NCBI GenBank assembly: GCA_018823105.1
Contig: JAHJJH010000240.1
Location: 1-53,647, forward strand
Reading direction: 5' to 3'
Source: Verrucomicrobiota bacterium
GTDB lineage: Bacteria; Verrucomicrobiota; Kiritimatiellia; CAIQIC01; JAGNIJ01
DNA length: 53,647 bases
In this document: positions 25,369 through 33,380 of the stretch, in pieces
Position numbering within the stretch: the first letter of the stretch is position 1
How the letters are laid out: every line of letters begins with the position of its first letter
The notes under the pieces: generated by a model
Databases searched by the model: none
What the model was told of the DNA's origin: nothing
Seen by the model: only the letters and a program-made list of their open reading frames with translations
Made by a program: the position numbers and the translations under genes

Positions 25369-26571
25369 ATGCGCGGAAACAAACAGGCGCCATGGAGCAG
25401 AATCGTGGCCTTCAGTGCGGCCTTGGTGTTCCTGGCGGGGTGCGCCACCCGGCCCAGCATCACCGGGTTGCAGGTACTGGCCCGCAAAGGCCGGCCCTTT
25501 GTGATCTTGAAGACGGACAAGGCGCTGGGCTGGGGCGTGGCCAATCATCCTATTCTTTGCCGTGTATCAGATAAACGAATTGCGTTGAGCTATTGGATTG
25601 CTGGTGACGGGGCCTATAGTGGGACGGCTCCGGTTTCCTGGCCGGTCTACAGCGATGACCAGGGCAAAACCTGGCAATTTGGCGACCCGTACGAATGGGC
25701 AGGGGAGAAGCCGCCGCCCGAATACAGCTTCATTGAGGCGGGGACCGACTTTGCCAACTACAACTTCGGCTACTTCATGGCCGCGGCGCAATTGCCCTCC
25801 AGCGAACGGATTGCTCACGCCCGGTATGCCGTGGCGGGTTCGCCCTGGACCGTGGCCGTCGTGCGCAGTTCTGATGGCATACGCTGGGAAGGCCCGGTCC
25901 AAGCGCCGATCAACATCCCTTCGGATTACCCGTATCAGCCAGCCGGTCTGGCTTTTGAACAGAAAGCCGTTGTGACTCCAGGCGGCAACATTCTGGTGAC
26001 CGCTTATTGGAACGAGCCTTTTCTGTTCGAATCCCGTAACCGGGGCGCGTCATATGACCTTGTCTCCGTCGTGGCCACAAAGGCGGATGCCCCTTGGGGC
26101 ACCGAGGGACCCTGTGAGCCGTCCTTGGCTTTGCTGCCGAATGGCGAGTTGCTGTGTATCATGCGCACCGGCGCTCCATGGACTGGGACGGGTACCGCCG
26201 TGGCGCAGCCCCTCCTCGCCGCCCGGAGCAAGGACGGCGGTCGGACCTGGGAATACCAGAAGATGCCGATTGTCGGTGTCATGCCCAAGCTGGAACTCAT
26301 GAGCAACGGCGTGTTGGCTCTCGCCACAGGCCGGCCGGGGAACAGGCTGTACTTCAGCACGGACGGTGGACGGACATGGGGGCGGGAGGTCGTGCTGACG
26401 CGCCTGGACGGCAAAACCAGCGGATACTGTGATATCCTCGAAGTCGCCCCCGGCCGCTTACTCGCGGTGTGCGACACCATGGATACCGATATGACCGGTT
26501 TCTGGCTCTGGGAGCCCAAGGAGGTGAACGGCATCTTCGGTGTTTTCGTGAACGTCATGAAACTGTTCTAA
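25369..26571 (+). CDS. BNR/Asp-box repeat lipoprotein (sialidase / exo-alpha-sialidase-like beta-propeller)
   Basis: Lipobox FLAGC. Asp-boxes SDDQGKTW, SKDGGRTW and STDGGRTW, plus the degenerate SSDGIRW. Start ATG 25369 sits 1 nt after the wzt stop. Confidence 0.7.
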   Translation: MRGNKQAPWSRIVAFSAALVFLAGCATRPSITGLQVLARKGRPFVILKTDKALGWGVANHPILCRVSDKRIALSYWIAGDGAYSGTAPVSWPVYSDDQGKTWQFGDPYEWAGEKPPPEYSFIEAGTDFANYNFGYFMAAAQLPSSERIAHARYAVAGSPWTVAVVRSSDGIRWEGPVQAPINIPSDYPYQPAGLAFEQKAVVTPGGNILVTAYWNEPFLFESRNRGASYDLVSVVATKADAPWGTEGPCEPSLALLPNGELLCIMRTGAPWTGTGTAVAQPLLAARSKDGGRTWEYQKMPIVGVMPKLELMSNGVLALATGRPGNRLYFSTDGGRTWGREVVLTRLDGKTSGYCDILEVAPGRLLAVCDTMDTDMTGFWLWEPKEVNGIFGVFVNVMKLF

Positions 26572-26606
26572 CCTGAAACAACCATCTTTCCGCCATCGCA
26601 TCCCGG

Positions 26607-26641
26607 ATCCATTCTCCATTGACCATCCACCACTAACCATA
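26607..26641 (+). repeat. Five 7-nt-periodic units (nnCCAYn) in the G-poor pseB leader
   Basis: ATCCATT CTCCATT GACCATC CACCACT AACCATA. The leader begins with CCTGAAA (26572), as in the kdsB/kdsA tracts. Confidence 0.6.
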
Positions 26642-26651
26642 GGGTCATCCC

Positions 26652-27743
26652 ATGATTACACTCCGCCCCTTGGACTTTCTCGAAAACACCCGCATTCTGA
26701 TCACCGGGGGGACTGGTTCGCTAGGTAATAGGCTGATGCAAGTCATTCTTGGGGCTACGTCAGCGGCCCATGTCGTTATCTTAAGCCGTGATGAATTTAA
26801 GCAATATCAGATGCGAGAAGCGCAGGACGAGGCGGCTAGGCAACGCACCAGTTATTTCCTGGGCGATGTGCGGGATGCTTCCCGTTTGCGGCGCGCTTTC
26901 CAGGGTGTGGATTGCGTCATCCATACCGCCGCACTGAAGCAGGTTCCCGCTGCCGAATACAATCCTTTTGAGTTTATTAGGACCAACGTGGTCGGGGCGG
27001 AGAACGTTATAGATGCGGCGATTGATTGCGGGGTGTCTCGCGTCGTGGCTTTGAGCACGGACAAGGCTGCCAATCCCATCAATTTATATGGGGCCACCAA
27101 GCTCTGCTCTGATAAGCTCTTTGTGGCTGGCAACAGTTATAGCGGCAAGAAGAAAACACGTTTTTCGGTCGTCCGATATGGTAATGTGGTCGGCAGCCGC
27201 GGCAGCGTGATCCCGTTCTTCCTGGCGAAGCGCAAGAAAGGCGTTTTGCCCATCACCGATCCGCGGATGACGCGGTTCTGGATCACGCTGGATCAAGGTG
27301 CGGCCTTGGTGCTTAATGCCCTGCGCGAGATGAAAGGGGGCGAGATCTGGGTTCCCCGGATTCCTAGCCTGCGCATTACAGACCTGGCGCGAGTCATTGC
27401 GCCTGAATGCGAGACCCAGATTGTAGGTATTCGGCCAGGAGAGAAACTGCACGAGATCATGATCCCGGTGGATGACAGCCGTCAAACTCTCGAGTTTGAC
27501 AGCCATTTTATCATTAAGCCGGCCTTCCCATGGTGGGGCGGGGACTGGCACATGGAGAAAGGCGGGAAGCCGTGCCCGGATGGGTTTTATTACGGCAGCG
27601 ACAACAACACGGAGTGGCTGAACGACGCGCAGCTCGCGCAGATGATTACACGCTTGGATTTGCCGGACGCGCGGGAGTGGGCGAGCGAAAGAGGGCTGTC
27701 TCCCAGAAGCGGATCCGCCGGTGGCGGAGAGGCGGAAGACTGA
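26652..27743 (+). CDS. pseB: UDP-N-acetylglucosamine 4,6-dehydratase (inverting), PseB/FlaA1 type
   Basis: ITGGTGSLGN, SRDEFKQ and YGATKLCSDK. About 330-aa core plus a short Gly/Glu-rich tail. Confidence 0.9.
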   Translation: MITLRPLDFLENTRILITGGTGSLGNRLMQVILGATSAAHVVILSRDEFKQYQMREAQDEAARQRTSYFLGDVRDASRLRRAFQGVDCVIHTAALKQVPAAEYNPFEFIRTNVVGAENVIDAAIDCGVSRVVALSTDKAANPINLYGATKLCSDKLFVAGNSYSGKKKTRFSVVRYGNVVGSRGSVIPFFLAKRKKGVLPITDPRMTRFWITLDQGAALVLNALREMKGGEIWVPRIPSLRITDLARVIAPECETQIVGIRPGEKLHEIMIPVDDSRQTLEFDSHFIIKPAFPWWGGDWHMEKGGKPCPDGFYYGSDNNTEWLNDAQLAQMITRLDLPDAREWASERGLSPRSGSAGGGEAED

Positions 27744-27809
27744 GATCGCAGGGGGGACTTGTGGAGTGAGAGAGGATGGACTTCCGGTTGCCATCTTGAG
27801 GTGCGGATT

Positions 27810-29015
27810 ATGACTGACTCAGCTTTCATCCCTCATCCTTCATCCGTTATCCCCTACGGCCGCCAGTCCATTGACGAAGCCGATATCGCAGCCGTAACCG
27901 AGGTCCTGAAGTCACAATGGCTCACTCAAGGCCCGAAGGTGAAGGAGTTCGAGGGCGCCTTTGCCGCGAAGGTGGGAGCGCGATATGCGGTGGCGGTCAG
28001 CAGCGGGACGGCTGCCCTGCACGCTGCCATGGCCGCCTTGGGCATTGGCGCGGGCGACGAAGTCATCGTCCCGCCGATCACCTTTGCGGCAACGGCCAAC
28101 AGCGTAGTGTTTCAGGGCGCCACACCCGTGTTTGCCGACGTCGAGCCGGACACGCTTCTGATTGATCCGTGTAGCGTTGAGGAGCATGTGACGCGGAAAA
28201 CCAAAGTTGTTATTACCGTGGACTATGCCGGCCAGCCCTGCCGCTACGATGCCCTGAGAAAGCTGGCTCGGAAGCACGGACTGGTCCTCGTTGCCGACGC
28301 GTGTCATGCGCTGGGCGCTGTCTACAAGGGGCGTGCAGTCGGGTCGTTGGCCGATCTCAACACCTTCAGCTTCCACCCGGTTAAGCACATCACGACGGGT
28401 GAAGGCGGGATGATCACGACCGACGATGAAACGCTCACGCAACGTATGCGCGATTTCCGCACCCATGGCGTCACGAAGGATCCCGATAGTTTCCTGTCCT
28501 CTGACCCCTGTCCTCTGACCTCTGAAAAAGGGCCGTGGCACTACGAAATGCAGGCCCTCGGCTACAACTACCGCCTAAGCGACATCAGCTGCGCCCTGGG
28601 ACTTAGCCAGTTGAGAAAGCTTGATCGGTTCGTGACTCGCCGCCGTGAGATTGCTGCTCGCTTCGACAAGGCATTCCGCCCGCTGTCGTCAGTCCTCCGC
28701 CCGCTGGCTCTTGGATCCCAGACTTGCATGCACGCCTATCACCTCTACGTCGTGCAGGTCGATTTTCCAAAGCTCGGGAAAACCCGCACAAGGGTAATGC
28801 GCGAGTTGAGGGAGCGGGGCGTCGGCACGCAAGTCCACTACATTCCAGTTCACCTCCAGCCCTTTTACCGGGCCCGCTTTGGATGCAAGCCGGGTCAGTG
28901 TCCCGTCGCCGAGGAGGCTTTCGGACGTGTGCTATCCTTGCCGATGTATCCCGCGCTGCGCGATGAGGATGTGGAGCGTGTTGTCGAGGCTGTCCGCGGC
29001 GTCTTGAGCGACTGA
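27810..29015 (+). CDS. pseC: UDP-4-amino-4,6-dideoxy-N-acetyl-beta-L-altrosamine transaminase (DegT/PseC type)
   Basis: IPYGRQSIDEADI and FSFHPVKHITTGEGG (PLP lysine). Directly follows pseB. Confidence 0.88.
   Translation: MTDSAFIPHPSSVIPYGRQSIDEADIAAVTEVLKSQWLTQGPKVKEFEGAFAAKVGARYAVAVSSGTAALHAAMAALGIGAGDEVIVPPITFAATANSVVFQGATPVFADVEPDTLLIDPCSVEEHVTRKTKVVITVDYAGQPCRYDALRKLARKHGLVLVADACHALGAVYKGRAVGSLADLNTFSFHPVKHITTGEGGMITTDDETLTQRMRDFRTHGVTKDPDSFLSSDPCPLTSEKGPWHYEMQALGYNYRLSDISCALGLSQLRKLDRFVTRRREIAARFDKAFRPLSSVLRPLALGSQTCMHAYHLYVVQVDFPKLGKTRTRVMRELRERGVGTQVHYIPVHLQPFYRARFGCKPGQCPVAEEAFGRVLSLPMYPALRDEDVERVVEAVRGVLSD
28493..28527 (+). repeat. Perfect 14-nt tandem duplication (CCTGTCCTCTGACC x2, plus TCTGAAA) in frame inside pseC
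   Basis: Read directly at 28493-28506 and 28507-28520. It encodes the loop ...SSDPCPLTSEK..., which looks longer than in the PseC homologues I recall. Confidence 0.85.
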
Positions 29016-29019
29016 CCTC

Positions 29020-29955
29020 ATGAACGTGGTCCACAATCTGGATTTGACATGGCGCGAGGAAAGCGTCTCCCGGATGGTCTTGGGAACGGCCCAGTTGGGT
29101 TTGAACTACGGGATCGCCAATACCGACGACAAACCTGCCGCAGATGAGAGTCGCGAGATCATCAAGGCCGCATGGGGGGGCGGGGCGTGTTTTTTTGACA
29201 CGGCCCAGGGCTATGGAGACAGCGAAAAGGTTCTTGGTCAGTTCTTGAAGGAAGCCGGGGTGGTCGATCAGGCCGGCGTCATCACCAAGCTCGATCCGGG
29301 GTTGAATCCGGAAAACCCGAACGAGATCTACGACTCGATCGTCCGGTCGGCCGATCGGCTGGGAAAGCGGCCGTTATGGGCGGTTCTTCTGCATCGCGCC
29401 GAATGGCTCCGGTTCCTGGCCGGCGGTCTGGGAGAAGCCCTGAAGAAGGCGCGACGGGACAACCTGGTCCGGTTCCTCGGCGTGTCGGTTTACACCGTCG
29501 AAGAGGCCCGACAGGTTCTGACGTTTGAGGAAATGGACGTTCTGCAAATTCCGTGCAATGCGTGGGATCAGCGTATGCTGGCGTCCGGCCTGCTTGCGGA
29601 AGCGCGCAAGAAAGACCGATTGTGTTTCGTTCGCAGCATTTATTTGCAGGGCCTTCTGCTGATGACCGCGGCTCAGGTCGCCGCTCGTCTTCCGGACGCC
29701 GCCAAGGCGGCGGAATGCTGGTGGGCTGTTGCGGAAAAACTTCACATTCCTCCGGCTGAACTGGCCATGCGGTTCGCGCTGAGCTTGGATTGCCCGTTGG
29801 TCATTGGAGCGGAGCGCGCGGAGCAGGTTCGTACGAATGTAAACCTGATGAAGTTGAGCCCGTTGTCCAAATCGGAACGCGCCACGCTGGAAAAGGAAAT
29901 GCAACCGCTCATTTCAGCGGATATTCTGAACCCTGCGCGCTGGCAGCAGGCGTAA
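29020..29955 (+). CDS. Aldo/keto reductase family oxidoreductase
   Basis: GTAQLGLNYG and FDTAQGYGDSE. The length (311 aa) is typical. Confidence 0.8.
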   Translation: MNVVHNLDLTWREESVSRMVLGTAQLGLNYGIANTDDKPAADESREIIKAAWGGGACFFDTAQGYGDSEKVLGQFLKEAGVVDQAGVITKLDPGLNPENPNEIYDSIVRSADRLGKRPLWAVLLHRAEWLRFLAGGLGEALKKARRDNLVRFLGVSVYTVEEARQVLTFEEMDVLQIPCNAWDQRMLASGLLAEARKKDRLCFVRSIYLQGLLLMTAAQVAARLPDAAKAAECWWAVAEKLHIPPAELAMRFALSLDCPLVIGAERAEQVRTNVNLMKLSPLSKSERATLEKEMQPLISADILNPARWQQA

Positions 29956-29957
29956 AA

Positions 29958-30734
29958 ATGACAAAAGGGCAAACGCGCAGCGTCATGGCCATCCTACAGG
30001 CCCGGATGGGTTCTTCGCGACTGCCGGGCAAAATGTTGCTGCCGATCTATGGGGAAAAGGGCGCGTTGGAACTCATGCTGGAGCGGGTGCGAAGAGCCCG
30101 CCTTCTGGACCGAACCGTTGTCGCCACCACGGTGTCGGCGCAGGATGACCCGCTGGAAAAGCTCTGCGCCCGGCTGGGGGTCCCTTGTTTCCGGGGCAGC
30201 GAAGACGACGTTCTGGACCGGTACTACCAGGCCGCGATTCGGCACGGACCAGCGTCGGTTATTGTTCGTCTCACGGGCGACTGTCCCCTGCACGACGGGC
30301 GCGTGATCGATGAAGCGGTGCAGTCCTTTCTCAGCCAGCACGTCCATTATCTTTCCAACGCTTGGCCGCCGGTTTATCCCGACGGCCTGGATACGGAGGT
30401 TTTTTGGTTCACGGCGTTAGAAACGGCCTGGAAGGAAGCCCGCCTCAAATCGGAGCGGGAACACGTGACGCCCTACATCCGCAACCACCCGGAGCGGTTC
30501 CGCATCGGCCACATCCCGGCGCGGAAAGATCTTTCAGCGCTGCGCTGGACGCTGGATGAGCCGCGGGATCTTCAGTTCATTCGCGCCGTTTTCGCAAGGC
30601 TCGGCGACCGCGAGTTCGGGTTCGAAGATGTTTTGAGTCTGCTGGAACGTGAGCCCGGGTTGGGGGACATGAATGCTGGAATGCAACGCAACGAGGGCTA
30701 TCTGAAGTCGCTTCGGGAGGATCATCAATCGTGA
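29958..30734 (+). CDS. SpsF/FlmC-type cytidylyltransferase (CTP_transf_3 family), a candidate CMP-nonulosonate synthetase
   Basis: AILQARMGSSRLPGKML and RLTGDCPL. Start at ATG 29958, 2 nt after the AKR stop. Confidence 0.75.
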   Translation: MTKGQTRSVMAILQARMGSSRLPGKMLLPIYGEKGALELMLERVRRARLLDRTVVATTVSAQDDPLEKLCARLGVPCFRGSEDDVLDRYYQAAIRHGPASVIVRLTGDCPLHDGRVIDEAVQSFLSQHVHYLSNAWPPVYPDGLDTEVFWFTALETAWKEARLKSEREHVTPYIRNHPERFRIGHIPARKDLSALRWTLDEPRDLQFIRAVFARLGDREFGFEDVLSLLEREPGLGDMNAGMQRNEGYLKSLREDHQS

Positions 30735-32077
30735 AAGAATCTGCAGCGGGCGGAGGAAGGGGGCAACAGTTGTATCGCAGGGCCAAGATTTTGATCCCCG
30801 GCGGGACCCAGCTTTTATCGAAACGGCCCGAGATGTTCCTCCCGGATCAATGGCCGAGCTATTACGAGCGGGCCGAGGGCGCCTGCATCTGGGACCTGGA
30901 CGGCAATAAGTACATCGACATGTGCATCAGCGGAGTGGGGGCCTGCCCGCTGGGATATGCCGACCCGGACGTGAATGCGGCCGTGATAGATGCCGTGAGG
31001 CGGGGCAGCATGAGCACGCTGAATTGCCCCGAGGAAGTTGAGCTGGCGGAGGTGCTCTGCCGCCTGCATCCGTGGGCCCAAATGGTGCGTTTCGCGCGAA
31101 CGGGCGGCGAATCCATGTCCGTCGCCGTCCGGATCGCGCGTGCCTGGACCGGACGCTCGCAGGTCGCCTTTTGCGGGTATCACGGCTGGTCGGACTGGTA
31201 TCTCGCCGTCAATCTGGTTGAGAGCGATGCCTTGGGCAGCAAGGGTCTTCTGCTCTCCGGGCTTGAGCCGCGGGGCGTTCCGCGCGAGCTGACCGGCACG
31301 GCCTGGGGATTCCGTCATAACCATCTGGAAGAGCTTCGGGACATCGTTTCAAAGACGGGGGGAAACCTGGCCGCCATCATCACCGAGCCGCAACGGGGCG
31401 AACGTCCGACGCCGGAATTTCTGGCGGGATTGCGTCAGATCGCGAATGAAACCGGCGCGGTCTTGATTTTCGACGAGATCTCCGCCGCCATGCGACTGAA
31501 TACCGGCGGGGCTCATTTGCTTTACGGCCAGTCGCCCGACATCGCCGTTTTTTCCAAGTCGATCGGCAACGGGTTTGCCATCGGCGCCGTCATCGGCAAG
31601 GGCGAAGTCATGGAGGCGGCCCAAACGACGTTTCTGAGCAGCACCTATTGGACCGAACGAGTCGGGCCGGCGGCCGCGCTGGCAACATTCAGGAAACACG
31701 AAGCCCTCAACGTCCCGGAACGGTTGATTCATGCCGGGCGGCGGGTTCAGCAGGTCTGGAAGGACGAATCGCAGAAGGCGGGGCTCGCGGCCGAAGCGAG
31801 TCATCCCGAGATGCCGCCGCTCTCCCATCTCGTGTTCAAGTACCCCAACGCCAAGGCCGTCCAGACCCTGTTGTGTCAGATGATGCTGGAGCGCGGGTTC
31901 CTGGACAACGGGAATTTCTACGCCATGTATGCGCACACCGACGAGATCCTCGATCAGTATGAAGCCGTGGTCCGGGAGGTGTTTCCTCTGCTGGCGGACG
32001 CCGTGCAGCGTCAACGAGTGGAGGCCCTGTTGAAGGGCCCGGTCTCGCACAGCGGTTTTGCGCGGTTGACATCGTGA
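30731..32077 (+). CDS. Class III PLP aminotransferase (glutamate-1-semialdehyde aminomutase-like), GTG start overlapping the upstream stop
   Basis: LIFDEISAAMRL and VFSKSIGNGFAIGA (PLP lysine). Confidence 0.8.
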   Translation: MKESAAGGGRGQQLYRRAKILIPGGTQLLSKRPEMFLPDQWPSYYERAEGACIWDLDGNKYIDMCISGVGACPLGYADPDVNAAVIDAVRRGSMSTLNCPEEVELAEVLCRLHPWAQMVRFARTGGESMSVAVRIARAWTGRSQVAFCGYHGWSDWYLAVNLVESDALGSKGLLLSGLEPRGVPRELTGTAWGFRHNHLEELRDIVSKTGGNLAAIITEPQRGERPTPEFLAGLRQIANETGAVLIFDEISAAMRLNTGGAHLLYGQSPDIAVFSKSIGNGFAIGAVIGKGEVMEAAQTTFLSSTYWTERVGPAAALATFRKHEALNVPERLIHAGRRVQQVWKDESQKAGLAAEASHPEMPPLSHLVFKYPNAKAVQTLLCQMMLERGFLDNGNFYAMYAHTDEILDQYEAVVREVFPLLADAVQRQRVEALLKGPVSHSGFARLTS

Positions 32078-32109
32078 GAAGCGGTTGAAGACATGCGGCG
32101 GACGTGCCT

Positions 32110-32178
32110 GCCCGCATCGATACGCCCGCCAGCAACGCTTCGCGTAGCGATGCGGGCTGGCGAAGCGTTGCAGGCGGG
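32110..32178 (+). promoter_or_regulatory. Structured spacer element: 19-bp hairpin whose loop is complementary to a 10-nt upstream segment (pseudoknot-capable)
   Basis: Stem 32125-32143 pairs with 32160-32178 (18 of 19 pairs). gcccgcatcg (32110-32119) is the exact reverse complement of cgatgcgggc (32148-32157) in the loop. Confidence 0.5.
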
Positions 32179-32287
32179 GCAGTCCGCCCTCCACGTTGCC
32201 GTCAGTCAACGAATTCTGGAGGACGTGGTGCGGCTCGACGGAGCTCGCCGAAGTCCACGCGCGCCAGTTCATGATCAGGAATCGAGA

Positions 32288-33379
32288 ATGCCCCCTCGTG
32301 ATCCGACGGTACTGCTGATTCGTGCGGACGCCTCCGTCGCCGTCGGCGTCGGACACGTGATGAGGTGCCTGGCGCTGGCCCAGGAATGGAAACGTTCCGC
32401 TGGAGCCTGCGGAGGCAAAGGCCGAGCGGTCATGGCCGGCGTGGAATTTCCGGCGGGGCTGAAATCCCGCGTTGAAAACGAAGGGATCGAGATTCGTCCC
32501 GTTCGCGAGGTCCCGGGCAGCGCTGAGGACGCGGGACAACTGACTGAACTGGGCCGGGAAATCAACGCGGGCGTCATGGTGCTGGACGGTTATCATTTCA
32601 GCCGGGATTACCAGGCGCGTGTTCGCGTGTTCGGCGCTTTCCCGGTGATGGTGCTCGATGATTATGCAGAGATCGGCGGCCACGACGCGGATCTTATTCT
32701 CGATCAGAATTACGGCGCCGACGTTTCGTTGTATGGCACGTCTTCGCGGGTCGGCCGTTTCCTGCTGGGTACGGATTACGTTCTTCTGCGCCGTGAGTTC
32801 CGACTGCGTCGGAAGACGCCGCGCGATGTGGCAGACCGGGCCGGCAAAATACTGATCGCCATGGGCGGAAGCGATCCGGACAACCTCTCGGGAAAGGTCA
32901 TTGAGGTGTTGCGCGGACTTCTGGACGATGGTGCGACGTTCAAGGTCGTCGCGGGCCCGGCCTGTCCTCACCTGGATGTGCTTCGGAAACGCTCCGGGGA
33001 ATCCGCGGGGAGAATTGATTTGATCGCGGATTCAAACGACATGCCGGACTTGTTGGCGTGGGCAGACCTAGTGATCCTGGCGGGTGGGGGCACGTTGTGG
33101 GAGGCTTTGTGCATGGGGTGCCCGGTGGTGAGTCTGGCCCGGCATCCCGTCCAGGACGTGATCCTGGGAAAGATGGGGAAAGCGGGGATCATTGCTTACG
33201 CGGGGTTTGCCGCGTCCCTTGAAATGAAGGCATTTCAGGGCGAGATTATAGAGTTGGTTGCTTCGCGCCCACGTCGCGCCGAAATGAGTCGCAAAGGTCA
33301 ACAGTTGATTGACGGCGAGGGCACGTCACGGGTTGTCCGCGCTTTGTTCGACATGGTCAGCAGCAAGAAGACAAACTGA
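32288..33379 (+). CDS. pseG: UDP-2,4-diacetamido-2,4,6-trideoxy-beta-L-altropyranose hydrolase (PseG-like, GT-B fold)
   Basis: LIRADASVAVGVGHVMRCLALA at the N-terminus, MGGSDPDN, and AGGGTLWEALCMGCP. Start moved to ATG 32288, after the structured spacer. Confidence 0.75.
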   Translation: MPPRDPTVLLIRADASVAVGVGHVMRCLALAQEWKRSAGACGGKGRAVMAGVEFPAGLKSRVENEGIEIRPVREVPGSAEDAGQLTELGREINAGVMVLDGYHFSRDYQARVRVFGAFPVMVLDDYAEIGGHDADLILDQNYGADVSLYGTSSRVGRFLLGTDYVLLRREFRLRRKTPRDVADRAGKILIAMGGSDPDNLSGKVIEVLRGLLDDGATFKVVAGPACPHLDVLRKRSGESAGRIDLIADSNDMPDLLAWADLVILAGGGTLWEALCMGCPVVSLARHPVQDVILGKMGKAGIIAYAGFAASLEMKAFQGEIIELVASRPRRAEMSRKGQQLIDGEGTSRVVRALFDMVSSKKTN

Positions 33380-33380
33380 A

